This document shows, piece after piece, positions 1 to 13,447 of a stretch of 64,000 bases of DNA (position 1 is its first letter; each line of letters starts with the position of its first letter). The position numbers and the translations under genes are program-made. The stretch is taken from positions 186,001 to 250,000 of the forward strand of contig JALMLS010000516.1 in NCBI GenBank assembly GCA_038496445.1, read 5' to 3'. Under the pieces are notes generated by a model. The model was not told where the DNA came from and made no database searches. It worked only from the letters and a program-made list of their open reading frames with translations. The stretch is from Trichosphaerium sp. ATCC 40318 (Eukaryota; Protista; Tubulinea).

Positions 1-619
1 TAGCCTTCTCTCCAGTGACAGGAGGTAAGTTATACACTGGCTTACATCCGCTGTTAGCGCTGAAAGTATATTAGAGATGAGTACGAGAGCGTAAGAGTGT
101 ATTTTGTTCGATTTTTGGATAAAATGTTAAAAAGCATTTTGTTAATTTCCTGCTTTGGATTCGTACCTGATCAGTGCAAACGCCCGAAAAACTGATCGTA
201 AGTCTCTTTCGTCGTTATAGCCAGGGTTTCTCTTTTCGCAATACTTGTTGAGGGTTGATAGAAGAAATGATTCTAGTTTATCTACACAACTCATACGATT
301 CATTTTAGAGCATCCACGAACAGATAACTTTCTATTTGTAAAGATTACTTATTATTCCCTGCATTTGGTGCTATATTGTTCTAAAAAGGTACTTACGACA
401 AGCATGCGCGTAGTTCCTTTACTCTAAAGGCATTGCGGATAATAAGCTACAATTTGTCAGTTTAACTCAAGAAATGGCCTAATTAGCTAAATTATAGTCA
501 TTTGACGCGAAAGCGGGGTGAATTGTAGAAAAAAAACTGTGACATGCCAACACTTCGTTGTAATTATATCGCTCCTTCAAGGCTTGCAGCCTAAGCTGAT
601 GCTCTCGCCGATTTGCCAT
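1..619 (-). CDS. 5' part of a SAP-domain protein (PIAS/SIZ1-like N-terminus), runs off the window edge
   Basis: Hand-spliced MANRREHQLRLQALKERYNYNEVL|LIIRNAFRVKELRACLS|KLSVRGCSKMNRMSCVDKLESFLL. FRVKEL..L..L resembles the SIZ1/PIAS SAP motif. Confidence 0.5.
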
Positions 620-805
620 AACCTGGTGGCGCAGATAGCCGTTGGATGATATTATGGAATTAGAATGACTTTTTCTGGCATGTATCACTCAAGAGTTATC
701 AAAATAATTCTCCACGCGAGTGTATCAACAACACAGCTTGCAAGAATACATTTACAACATTGTGAGAAAAATTGATGTTTATTGTAATAATTATAAGTGG
801 GGCAT

Positions 806-2828
806 CTAACCTGGCATTGGGAATGTGCTTGCGAAAGCCTCAACTTCTTTTTTCAATGTCTAAGTAGAGGATGAATAAAACAACAGAGTAATTTTTTTCT
901 CAATTTTTTTTGATTTACCTTGATAGCATCGCTTTCTTCACAACCTGCAATGAAATCGACCAATTTCTTACCTTTAGCTTTCTACAATATATGTTAATAT
1001 CCAAGCTATTTCCACACTGAAAATAATTACAAAGAGGTAACGTACTTGGATGTCAAGAGCAATTTTCAAAGCGCGATCAAGGAATCCTGCGACTTTGGTG
1101 AAATCTGCTTCTTTGAAGCCACGTGAAGTCAAAGCTGGAGTACCCAAACGAATACCCTTTGGTGATACAGCATTGGCGTCACCGTATATTGTGTTCTTGT
1201 TGGCAGTAATGTGGGCAAAGTCGAACAACTTTTCGAGTTTGGAACCAGTGATTTTATGTGGACGCAAATCCCACAAGATCAAGTGGTTGTCAGTACCTCC
1301 AGTGACAATAGCATGACCGTTATCTACTAAACCCTTTGCAAGAGACTTTGCGTTTGCTTTAACTTGCTTAGCATAATCCTTGAACTCTTGAGTGTTGACT
1401 TGTTTGAGAGCAGTGGCAATTCCAGCAATTGCATGTTCGCTAAAAAAAAATTAACTTCAAAGGCACTGTTCGAGGATCCAAAGCAAGCAAATGTGATGGA
1501 TTCACGTATGTTGATGCAATGGGTTATGAAGGAATTTTTTTACGTACTGTGGACCTCCTTGGAGACCTGGGAAAACAGCTTTGTTGATCTTTGTTTCAAA
1601 ATCATAGTTATCTTTTGATTTACCACCGATTGGTCCTTTTCTGTAAAAGATAAGGGCAGCACGTGGTCCTCTAAGAGTTTTATGTGTTGTAGTTGTAACA
1701 ATATGACAGTGTGCGAAAGGATCATCGGCTTCCTAAAACAAAACAAGTAAGATCTTTGGTGCTTTTTTTTTAATGCTAGCTCAGACAACAAACGTACCTG
1801 AGCTGCAACAAGACCACCAATATGAGCGATATCAGCCATCAAGTAAGCGCCAGCTTTGTTTGCGATTTTTCTCATAGTAGCGTAATCCCATTCTCTTGGG
1901 TAAGCAGAACCACCCTTGTTTGTAGAGTTAGGAAAAAAAAGAAAAATGAGTAAGAAAAACGCGGTAGGCGTACTGCAATAAGCATTTTAGGCTTGAAAGC
2001 GCTTGCAAGAGTTGCCATTTTTTCGTAGTCAATGACACCAGTGGTCTAGAGCTTGTTAGATAAATGTTAACAGTTAAAAAAGAAAAATGGAGTTTAGGCA
2101 AATTATTTAATTCTGGATCACGTACTGGGTCAACTTTGTATCCCATAGACTCCCAGAAGATGGAAGTAGCAGAAACTCTCCTTTTAGCGGTCATGTAACC
2201 GTGACTCAAGCTTCAAAGTGTCAGAATTTGTAGCGAACCTCAAATGTTTAAATGTTTTTACGACGTACTGTCCTCCCGAAGGCAAATCAAGGCCCATGAT
2301 GCGTGAATGAGGTTCTAGGAGGGCTGTGTATACGGAGAAGTTAGCAGGACTTCCTAAAAAAATAGTGTAAGTAGGGAATACGTTAAAAATGTTAATTTAC
2401 CGCTGTATGCTTGTACATTTACTCCCCACTCGCTAGGATCAAGTCTGAAAGCTTCCAAACAACGTTTTATGGCCAAATTCTCAATCTTATCAACAACCTC
2501 GTTACCACCGTAATAACGCGCTCCAGGGTAACCCTCAGAGTATTTGTTTGTTAAGCAAGAACCATTGGCATCCATGACTGCGCGGGAAGTGAAGTTCTAG
2601 GTTTTTACGCGTTAGATAGCTGTAAGAGAGTGTTTGAGCGTTTAGCTATTTACCTCTGACGCGATGAGTTCGAGACATCCAATTTGTCTCTTTTTCTCGG
2701 CTTCAATAAGAGCATGAAGCTCAGGGTCTGATTTTTGTAAAGATGCGTTCTGTTAGTTTTGTAAGTTTACAAGCATAAAATACAAGAACAAGTCACGAAA
2801 ATGCTTAGTCGGTGCGTACCAAGTCCAT
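806..2828 (-). CDS. SHMT: Serine hydroxymethyltransferase, cytosolic type, about 10 introns
   Basis: Spliced exons give LELIASE|[66 protein letters not shown] and end FPMPG*. Confidence 0.97.
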
Positions 2829-3708
2829 TATTAGTGAATATAGAAACTGTAGAGACTTGAGAAAACTTCTGCACTTGCCTGTCAAAATCCGGCGAAACCT
2901 AAGCAAAAACCAACTACTCTATCAGGCAATTTTGTTGTGAGCTGTTTATGACTTCAAGTGTATCATGCTGCGCTAAAGAAGTTCTCAAGAGTATGGGTGT
3001 ACATCGTTATTGGCCACTTCGGTAGTAGACCTAAAGGTATTGCGTTTGTTCTTACTTTTTTCTTATCTTCATCTTGGTTACACAGTAGCAGTTTCACATA
3101 GGATATTAATCGACAGTGTATACATAAGATCAATGAGTGTAGGCAACGGATATAGGACTAGAAGGCATAAAAGTCTATTTATTACCGTAAACTTGTGGAT
3201 AAACTCAATTGCAAAAAACTTGTAAAGTATCATAATTTATTATCAAACTATATATATACCACAATCGGATTTAATGCAATATCAGTACACGTAATAATGT
3301 TACTTAGTCGTACAACTTTATCAGCTTAGTAGGTGCTGCACTATGGCTACCACAACACTATTCCCTACAAAGCTAATGAAAATGTATAAAAAAAATCTAC
3401 CTCAACATCAAAGCCATGATAAAGGTATAGCATCATTAGATAGCATAAGTAAAATTGCAGTATCAGCTGAGTACTATTGTTAGATTATGCTACAAAGATT
3501 CATATTTAAAATGACTTCTTGTCGCTTTGGTTGTGCTTAACATTCTACTAAATCACATTATATATAAAAACGTACAAAACTGTCTAATATGTACTACTGC
3601 TTATTACTATTTTTGGTAACTAGCATTACAACAGTAAACAAAGAAAACTAACAACAAAAAGTTAGAAACTTTTATTTTATTAGTGCCCAGTTAGTTATAC
3701 ATACGCTT

Positions 3709-4344
3709 CTAAGGTATAGTACATTTTAGTACTGCAACACCTTTACTGTAAATGTTACGTTGCCTTAAATTACCCTTTTCATCCCATCTCTTGTGCTCTC
3801 CCTCCATTTGGCCGTTGGCGTAATTATGTAGCGTTCTCAACTGGCCATTAGGATGCCATGAAAGGCAAACTCCTTCTCGTTTATCATCAACATACTTAGC
3901 GCGGATATAGAGTTGACCACTTGTGTACCAATGCTTGTATTCTCCTGTCATTTTGTCGTTATCATAGTGTCCCTTCATTTGCATCATACCATTGTCATGC
4001 CACGCCTTGTACTTGCCTTCTTTTTTACCATTGACATACTGACATTGCATACACAAAAGATTATTCGGATACCATATCTTAGTTTCTCCATGAAGTAAAC
4101 CATGCTGCCAATACGATTTATGTAAAATTTGAGCTGGCGACTTACTTTTTTTTTGTTTCAACCATCTACCATGTTTTTTCAATTCGCTGTCGAATCTAGT
4201 GGCTATGGCTGCTTGTTTGGATAGAAGTGGCCACTGTAAATACGCTTCAACGTCTATGTCAAAGATATATAGGTGTAGCTCCACTGGGAGGTCCAGTAGA
4301 TTGTAACGATCTGATTTACACGTATTTTTCTTCGTCTCACCCAT
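3709..4344 (-). CDS. Intronless F-box-like + MORN-variant (YwqK-like) repeat protein, 5 repeats
   Basis: LLDLPVELHLYIFDID..WPLLSK..TRFD..KHGRW followed by 24-aa EGxxKxWxxNGQLxxxxxYxNGxx units. First plausible ATG is at 4344. Confidence 0.85.
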   Translation of the reverse strand: MGETKKNTCKSDRYNLLDLPVELHLYIFDIDVEAYLQWPLLSKQAAIATRFDSELKKHGRWLKQKKSKSPAQILHKSYWQHGLLHGETKIWYPNNLLCMQCQYVNGKKEGKYKAWHDNGMMQMKGHYDNDKMTGEYKHWYTSGQLYIRAKYVDDKREGVCLSWHPNGQLRTLHNYANGQMEGEHKRWDEKGNLRQRNIYSKGVAVLKCTIP

Positions 4345-4751
4345 ACATTCCGGAATAACGCGAAATACGTTGATTAAGCAAATCAAAGCCCTACGTTTGT
4401 TCAGCGAAAGGTATCTTCCGAAAGCTTTTTTTTTATCAGTCACGTGCAGTATTTTTTTTTCTGTATTAATCTCCAGAAAACCACGTAGTTTCGCGGAGCG
4501 TTTCACTCCTTGTGCTTACTCTGTGAGTCGTAAACAAGACACGAAAGGTCACTTGAATTAACAAACACTGTAATAGGACCATCTAACTCGTCTAATATTC
4601 AGTATGGCTCGGAGACTCAACGTGGTTAAGGAGGTTTTACGTGAGTGTCGTGTTTTTCAATTTTCACAGAAATCGGGGATTCATCGGATTAACTTTAAGG
4701 TTTTTCTGTCTGTGAACTTAAACCATAACAAAATAACTTCACAAAGACCAA

Positions 4752-5099
4752 ATGCAACTCTTCTACCTTCTAGTCGCTATCGTATTCCTATCACTATACG
4801 TACAATCCGCTGATGGTAAATGCGCACTTAAATGGGCTTCTCGAACATTCAGACATGGAGGAAAAGGGTACTGCGTCGAGAGATGGGGTTCTTGCCCTGT
4901 TCCAGGAGCTAACGGCAAATGGTACTCAGCATACAATGAAGACGTACAAAATCGTTCATGCTCCGGTGCTGGAGACTCTGGTAAATGCAGATGCAAGCGC
5001 TGTAAAAACAGAAGCGTTGATGGACAAAGCTGTAACAGAAGAATTGAGTCTCGCACAGTAACTGATTGTAATGGTCTTACCACTTTCACTTGTACCTAA
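4752..5099 (+). CDS. Small secreted cysteine-rich cationic protein (115 aa)
   Basis: Hydrophobic signal peptide MQLFYLLVAIVFLSLYVQSADG, 10 Cys, Arg/Lys-rich, with AATAAA about 40 nt downstream. Confidence 0.7.
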   Translation: MQLFYLLVAIVFLSLYVQSADGKCALKWASRTFRHGGKGYCVERWGSCPVPGANGKWYSAYNEDVQNRSCSGAGDSGKCRCKRCKNRSVDGQSCNRRIESRTVTDCNGLTTFTCT

Positions 5100-5396
5100 T
5101 TGTAAGCAAAGCTAAGACAACTACCATATTTGTGGTAAAATAAATAGAAACATTGTTAAAAAACTTCGAATAGTTTTTTATTCTTTTGTCTTATTTTTAG
5201 CTTTAATAGCAGTTTTCACCTTTATTGAGGTACTGTAATACATGAAAACATGAGTGGAGTATAGAGGGGTATGCTCTTCTCATGAATTAGTTAGTCCTAA
5301 GAGTAGCACATTCAACGCAAAACCGACAGAATGTAAACAAAGACAATTTTCTTTTATTAATAAGCCTCAAAACGAGAATTGTTGCAGTTTGTTTAT

Positions 5397-7612
5397 CTAC
5401 AGTCTAACAGTTACAAATCTGCTTTGAGCTGTACTTGGTAATTCTAAAGACACAGTCTTTCTACTCCCACCCTTTGTTACAATAATATCATATGAGCCGT
5501 GGTACCCTCGTATACTTGTTCTTCCTTGCGAGTTTGTAGTTCTCTGCGCGTTTGTCTGCCAAAGATTCATTAGTGACTGGTAGCGTCTACCAGCAGCGTT
5601 GAGTTGCCAGTTCTGGTTTACAATATGGGCATTTTGTCTCCAATGTCTTCCTTGCTAAACTAAAAGTAAGACAGCGAAGTACTAAGAGCAAAGTGTTTAT
5701 CACTTACCCAAAATCCCCACATGAGTATAGCTTCAACATTGTCGTGTCCATATGCTGTATAGTACAGTCTCTCGAGATTATCTGCGCGTATATTTTCATT
5801 TGCGTTTGAGCTATCATACTCAGTGACGGATACTAATCGGAACATGTAAATTAAAGGTTGATAAAACAATGCATACTTGGAATCTTAGCGCCATTTACTG
5901 TGATGGTAGAGAGCCTATCTAAACGATCTTTGACATCAAATGGGTTTACTGTACTTCCAAAGTGACCCTGAACACCAATACCATCTACTGGAGCGCCTTG
6001 ATTCAACAAGTTTTGTATAAACGTCTAAAAAAACATTGTGTTAGAAAGTAAACTTAAACACTATCATACTTTATATTGAGTAACTTCGTTTGCGTCAGTG
6101 ATTATGTTGTAGTCATTAACATACAATTTAACACCAGGATATATGTTTTTAGCGTCTCTATGCATGTTCGCTGTTGTCGTTGAGCCCAACCTTGAGGTAA
6201 AAAAGCTTCCGTGCGTTGCCTCGTTGTTGACTGCCAGAAAGTACTTAGAACAACTTTTTTCGTTATAACCATTGGCTTACCGTCCATATGCCAAATCCCT
6301 ATTGCTTTCCAATGATTCATGTAAGAGTTTATACGAGAATTAACAGCTTGTCGTAAGGCAGAAGTAGATAATCCCTTAACCCAATCTTGAACAAACTAAG
6401 AAAAAATTAAGAAAACTTGTTTTGGTTTGAGGGTGAGTACTCTGTCAACTGCCCAGAACATTGTATGGAGTCTCACTTTCATATTATTGGCTTTCATAAA
6501 GTTTACCATTCTATCTGCTTCAGCGTATGTAACCTAAACTCATCAAAACTCAAAGAACTGTATTTGTTGTTTTTGTACTTGTCCTTGGTTTCGCTCGTTA
6601 TCATACCACTTTCCTGCATTCTCTGGAACACCACAGTTAAAATTATCCCGAAGGAAACTTTCGTAGTTTCTCGCATCAGAAGATGTTCTACCAATGAAAC
6701 CGTTTCCGATAGCCGTTCCGAAGCAAAACTCTTTTTCTTTTTGTTGAAATCTAACATTTGCTCCTTGGACAGGTGTACCAGCACTATCAACAACACGAAC
6801 ATTGATTGTACTCTTCCTGATAGAATTGATTCTATTTTGAAGGCGAGCTTTCTCGGTTTGCCAATTGACGATAGTGACAGAGCAGGTATCAATGAAGTAG
6901 TTGACACCTAAAGAATCATTAGAGTTTCACAAAAAAAAAAGCCACACGTGCTTGGAGGAGGTCCTTCAACATAGACTAACAAATCTTGATAAACACTCTG
7001 GGCTTCTAGTGTCAATTTAGCATCAAACCTCGTCCATATATTTGCAGGAGTTGAAAACGCCTTCATTCCAATGTATTGAGCGGGGCCACCCTTGTTTATG
7101 CTACCATGAGTCAGCAAGCAATAGAAAAGAACAGTGGTTGTATCAGGAAACGCACAATGCTGTAACCTTGAAATTCTGAGGAGATGTCGTCCTCACATAA
7201 CAAGATACACTAAGAAAGGCTCCGGCATTATTCGCTTCTGGTGTAAGCAAGTTGACACCATTTCCTTTCAACTGAAATTTGATGCCAGAATACGTGCCAT
7301 GTCTGAACAAGAAGTTGAGGAGTGGACGAATACTTGCGTATATACGTACCTGTTGAATACTCTAGCACTGTAACTTCCTTGATGTCTTGGATTTGATACA
7401 AATGAAATTTGAGCACCACCAAACGTGTCAGTATACCTTCTATTTTCGAAACCTACGAAAAGAAATTGGTAAACATCAGGACCACGTGATATCGAACGAC
7501 AAAGGCTTGTTGTATTGTTTCCAAGCGTACCTCCATCGCTAAGTTTATTAGCCAGTGTACAGGCGAAAAAACCAATGAATGCGAGTTTAAACAAGCAGTT
7601 GTTGCGATACAT
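5397..7612 (-). CDS. Secreted GH10 endo-1,4-beta-xylanase with N-terminal CBM4_9-like module(s)
   Basis: Signal peptide, DGGFE and YVEGPPPSVNYFID (CBM), then GH10 motifs WHMD|VNNE, LYVNDYNI, IGVQGHF, VTEYD, ILMWGFW and a C-terminal RGYHGSYDI. Confidence 0.9.
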
Positions 7613-8733
7613 GTGAGGTTACAATGGTTTTAAGTAGACTTTCTTAAACAGCAGAAACTAGCGTCCCATGTCAAAATTCGCAAGCTATTTGCGCTAGTGT
7701 TCTTACCCAACGCGCTAGTAGTTTTAATATAAAAGAGAACTAGCATTGTGGCTCCTCGTAAGTCATTGGTTAAAACACATATTCTTGAGTGGTTCCCTTT
7801 TCATCTTTTCATGGCACGTGATTTCCAAACGCGTTATCGAGACGAATTTCACTAACGTTCAATGTCATAAGAGAGGGTGCTATGTTGAGCTCAAAAGGCG
7901 ATGAACATTGTAACAGTGTACTATAATACTCAGAATTAATATTGTATTCATGAGGAAAAAATTCATTAATTCATACCTTCATACCAGGTATTGCTGTCTT
8001 CAAGTTTTAATACAGGCTGACTTTTAACAAAAAAAATCCAGTTTCGCCTGATTTGACGGATTTGACACTTCTTGCAAATCTCACTTTTTTATGTGATCTA
8101 CCCTCACAAGCGTGTCTAGCGAATCCAAATATTTCAAACCGTGATTTAAAAAAACCAATCCACAATTATTTATTTACATATTTGATACCTGGTGGCGTTT
8201 ACAAAGCCTATGGTAGCGTCGTTATACTGGTTTGAATTGTTGTGTATGAGTTTTTCACGCTCTACCCCTGTTGATGCCGTGAGAGTGCCGTTAATAGCGT
8301 GGGTGCTACTTGTAGCGCTAGTAAAATTTTACACGTACCTGTAGCAATACAGTTGGTTTTTTATCACGTGAAACAAAGTCGAACAGTGTTTGAGTCTATT
8401 CATACCAATATGTTGCTTTTAGCCATCGTACCTTTTCTTTTACGTTGCTTTTTCTAACAGATGACTTCTATGGCTTACACGTACCACATACAGTGCCTAG
8501 GTAATATTGCGATCTTTCCTGCCAAGACAGCTGCACCAAAAGCTCTATCAAGTGCCTTCTGCTTGCAAACTCAACCACAATAGCCTTAAAAGCAGCCACG
8601 TGTTATTTAGGTTTTCTGTAAATAGCGTGGTTTTTTAACTAGCTGATATTTTCTTCCACATCTGTCGCTTAAAAGTCAAGTCTGAAACAGTCTATTAAGC
8701 CCTCCATTCACATATTGAAAACACTCATCACAA

Positions 8734-9652
8734 ATGTCGCTTCACTTCATCATATTATCAATACTCGTAGCTAGCTCGTATGGCCAAAGTGGTAATTTGG
8801 CAAGTCTTTATGGTTTTAATAGGAAATACCAACCTAACTTCTTTAATAGCTCGTTTCATGGCCACTTACAACGCCATTCCCTGCTGAACTTTTTTACATG
8901 CTCGAAGCTTCTTTTGAGGCTTCTGGAATTACTGCTGAAGAGTCCCTGCTTACAAGAGATGAGGATCTTGATAATACCGAAGATCTTACGGATAGCTGTG
9001 TAGAAGTACGTTTTTGCCTTTGTAGAAAGTACTGACACCTTCAATAGTCGACATTGTTCGAGACGACTTCTGACATAGACCTTGATGCGAAATTTAGGTT
9101 TAGGTTTACCAGTGCAGAATACGCAGGGCCAGCAACAGCAAGGTACAAAAAATAACCGTTTTTACGACACAACAGGCCTTCTTGAGGTTTGTTTGTACAT
9201 CAGCTTCTATTCAACGAATATTTTCGACTTTCTGTCGAATACCACGTGATACCCTGATATCATTGATTTAAGAACTCAGAAAGACCTCAAATTGCTTCGT
9301 ATTGTAACTATTTATGTTAGCGTCATCGTATCAAATACTCCTCAAGCTGCGAGCTACAGATTATTTATTGGAGATCCTATGGATCCTGATTTCGAAAACG
9401 TTGTCACATCTACAGCAAATCCAACAACTACATTATCTATAAGCTTTAATATCGTACAAAACCAACGGGTTACCATAGATATTCAACCTTTTGGTACATT
9501 TGAACGAGTTTGTTTTTGTTTTCTTCTTTACCTTCTGATTGTTTTAAACAGGTGTTGGTTTTTCCCCTGCAACTATTTGCTTTGAATCCGATTTTGAAGT
9601 TTTTGAAGTTTTGGGATCTCCTTGTCCAAGGAGACTTTCATCAGGAGTCTAA
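8734..9652 (+). CDS. Secreted hypothetical protein, 5 introns (first is GC-AG)
   Basis: Signal peptide MSLHFIILSILVASSYG. An open frame is obtained only with the GC donor at 8800; ends LSSGV*. Confidence 0.6.
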
Positions 9653-10237
9653 AAGTCTGACTAATAAAGCTAACAATTCTAAAAACGCACCAAATAAATT
9701 TAGTATAAAAACATAGAACTGTTTTTTAGTGCACCCGTTCTTGGGTTCGCTCATTAGCTTACCACTTTTCTGAATTGTCTGGACCAGGTCCACAGTTAAA
9801 TCAGTTGTAGTTTATTGCATCGGAGATTGTTCAAATGATGAAACATTTTCTTGTTGAATTCTCCTTGGCTTGACTATCAACAAGTTAATTTTATGTGATT
9901 GAAAAAAGTTGCAAATGAAGGTGCTTGCTGGAGCCCCTTCAGCATACGCAGGGAATCATTAACTATTCCAAATGGTATTGTAGATGTAAAATAACATTGG
10001 ATTGCATCCGTCTCACTCAACTTCTAGCATCCACATGCAGTTTTCGCAATAAAGTCAGTTTTTAGGAGCAGACAACAGTTTATCCTTTTTTCAAGGGTTT
10101 CAAAGGGAAGAGGTGATGTTGCTTGCCATTAGTTATCTGTGATCCAATATATGGCAATCTAAGGGTTGTGAGGTTAGTCAGCAAAGTTCCTCAAATACCT
10201 GTCGTGACTACAGACATAATAGAAATCCACAACAATC

Positions 10238-11330
10238 ATGGCTAAGAAGGCGTTACTATTGATAGAACCTTTAGAAATACTCCAAATACCCAATGAGATT
10301 TCTAAGGAAGAAATATTCGTTAAATAAAGCGTAGCAGACGTTATTCACTTTAGTATGGCTTGTAAAAAGCAATCAGGCCATTATCAAGAACGATACACGC
10401 TTGTGGAGCAATTACATACGACAACACATTTTCACGTATGTCGCACAATGGCATTACAGTATCTGTAACAGGCGAATTATACTTTAAAAGTAAAGGAGTA
10501 CTCCACCTCAAGCACCAATAGATCGCTCAAACGAAGAATCATTATCAATAGATCTCATTCTTGTCAACGATTAGCTGAAAAATGGTCAACCGTTTACAGT
10601 TTGAAGGTCTGGATGTAACTCCTTTTTTTTGAAACCTTGTAAGGTTTTAATTCATTAGAAGAGTATGTTGCTCTTCACTTTGATGAAGCTGAAGAGGAAT
10701 TCTTTGACAAGGATTTTGAGATTGGTAAAGCGAGTTTGTTGGTAAACATAGAAATTGAAAAAAGCAGCAACAAATACGAGGGTCATTCATTACGTTCAAG
10801 TGATATTGGCGAAGTTGTTTCAGATATGAAAGATAAAGGTATACGTAAGGAATTTAGGAAAGATGGTACATACCGTGATGGTGATGATCGCGAGAAAAAA
10901 GAAGAGGAGTGGTTAGACAATCTTTCAAAAACAATTGTTGAGATAAAAAGTTTGAAAGGATCATTCTTCAAGGATATATTTGGCCACATGAACCATGCAC
11001 AAGGATGTATTATTGTCATTGGTTAGTGGGTATATCTCTTTTCAATCCAAATTTAATGTGATAATAAAGTTGACGTTATTGTTTTTAATGTTGTCCTATT
11101 CATTCACTGAGGCTAGTTTCGCCATCTAGTGTTGTCTGGGCTTTTCAAGCTAATGATGATATAACTGACATTAAAAGGTATCATTAGCTCTAAAGGCTAT
11201 AGCAGAGCACATCCATCAGATTTCATATCAATGTTCCAACAGATGTTTCCGCTAGCACGTCTTCTTTTTTACTGTACAAAAAACTAGAATCAACGGTCAT
11301 CCTGGGCATGAGAGGACGTAGTAACAGCTT
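10238..11330 (+). pseudogene. Disrupted F-box gene
   Basis: LQIPNEISKEEIFVK*SVADVIHFSMACK has an in-frame TAA, and a frameshift precedes NDTRLWSNYI. The 3' limit is approximate. Confidence 0.5.
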
Positions 11331-11598
11331 TCAATTATCCTTTTACCAAACGTTTGTACAGTTGGCAGTGAGAAAAACGTTAGAAACGTTTCGTCAAAAC
11401 TAATCTCTAATGTTGTTCACTTCATGTTTGAGAGTACACCAACCCACCGAATCTGGTCATTATACTCCCAAGAATAACACACGCGATAAATACTATTACT
11501 CGAGTCAACGAAAGGGAGAACAAGTCTGTGACAAAAATAGGAGTTAAGTGAAAATATGGAAATAAGCAATAAGTTTGTAGTTTCTCGCATAAACGACC

Positions 11599-12591
11599 AT
11601 GGAGGTCAAGTACAAGTTCTCTTTAGCTGGTGATAAAGGTACGCCAATAATCTGTTGTTACGCGCTAATAAAAATTACTAAAGGAGTTGGGAAAAGCTGC
11701 TTGAGTCATAGTTTCGCCAAATCTATTTTCCCTAAGCAATATGGTACGTAATCGCGAATAAACTTGGTACCGGTACAATAATCTAACGTAAAACACCAAA
11801 GATCCTTCGATAGCTAATAGATATACAAAGAATATCACAGTAGACGGAGACTTGGCCGTGGTAGAGATTCGTGAGTATCGTTTCAACTCAATTTTTTTTC
11901 GAATACCTTTTTTTTTGTATATTTCTCCTCGCTAATCACGTGATTTAGTTGACGCTTCAAGTGGTGAACAGTATGACGGTTTTATAAAAAACATAAATAC
12001 GCAAGTGTGAACTGTATTAACTCTGCTATTAGATATATGGCTGTACATGAAATGCAGTGGAAGTCATCTCAATGCGTTTTGTTTTGTTTTTCAATGACAG
12101 ACAAAAACTCTTTCGATAAGATACCTTCATTGTACTCCAGCGTTACAAGGTAAGTAAAATAAAACGTAACGGTGAACCATATCGATGATAAACAAAAAAG
12201 AAAACATAAAACATAAAAAAAACCAAAATCACGTGACTTTTTTTCTGTAGTATACATAAGACCGCTCAAGTATTTGTATTGGTTGGTACTAAAGGTGATA
12301 TGAATAAAGACAGACAAGTTACAAAAGAAGGAGCAACCGAGTTGGCTGAATACTACAAGTACGAAATTCAAAATACATCAAAACTTATGGACAAGAAATA
12401 CAAACAAAATGGCTGGGAGTCAAGCGTACTAACTTGTCACTAGGATGAAATACTTTGAGACTTCAGCTCTTACACAAAACGGTATTCATGAATTATTTGA
12501 GTATTGTATACGTAAGATAAGAACTCGTCAAGAAGCTGCGAACAACACAAATAATAAAAGAAAAAAGAAATTATCATGTGTTATTTTGTAA
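11599..12591 (+). CDS. Divergent Ras-family small GTPase with CAAX
   Basis: Spliced G1 GDKGVGKS, YDPSI, DASSG, TKGD, ETSA and a polybasic tail with CVIL*; 6 introns. Confidence 0.9.
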
Positions 12592-13447
12592 CGAAAAAAA
12601 AAAAAATTTCCCGAATAAAAAATTGTATTATATTGTGTTTAAAACAGAAATAAGTTTTCATGAGACGGGTTCACAGAGTATCTTAAAATGACATCAAGAC
12701 GTAAAAAGGGTAAGTCTTGAAAAGAGTTTAACAAGTCGATTTTTGTTCCCACGGATAGTTCAGTACACTAACCAATTCTATCACTCTGATCGAACCAACG
12801 AGCGGCACGAGAATAGGTGACTAGGTAGGTTGTGTTTTTTGTGACGTTGTCTTCAAGGATTGTTTCTGGAACGCCATGTGTCATTATTGCCTTTACCTAA
12901 CACTAGCTTGTGATACGAGAAATGCTCAAAGTTGAAACTTCAAAGATTGTACCACGTCACTTTTGCCGACTCTACTTGTGTCAAGAAAAATATAATAGAG
13001 TTCAATAGCGTAGCCATCGAACAAGGTGATGAAGACTGTGCTTACAATGCAATATTCAGTCAACAAAAACAAGCATTGTTCATGGCAATAAGTGGTGACT
13101 GCGATAATAAACCAAACAAAAGTCGTATGACTCAAATAAAGCAAATGATAGGTGAGTACAAAGCTCCAACTGCAACATAAAATTACGTTTCGAATATAAC
13201 CAAGTAAAAACAAACAGTTAATCAGCCAAGCTGAGTCCATTAGTTTCATACTACTACGACAATTGATTTTGTAGAACAATAAGGTATGGCGTGCAGACCT
13301 TAACGATAAGGTGAATATTCCAAGAACGTATTAAGAACTTGACAAGTTTAATTTCCTAGAACTTAAATAAGTCAAGCTTGGCTCACTTGTCACCATAAAC
13401 TTACACAAAACAACGGAGCTCCAGGAGAACACCTTATTATAATAATA

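Noticed and set aside
7984-8191. CCAGGTAT...ATACCTGG possible MITE
   Set aside because: Only an 8-bp inverted match and no TSD.
10238-10400. In-frame TAA here and near 59767 as evidence of stop-codon reassignment
   Set aside because: TAA, TAG and TGA all terminate conserved genes in this window, and a frameshift accompanies this stop. Pseudogenisation is simpler.
12660-13300. Exon-like ORF fragments
   Set aside because: I could not splice them into an open frame or recognise a domain.
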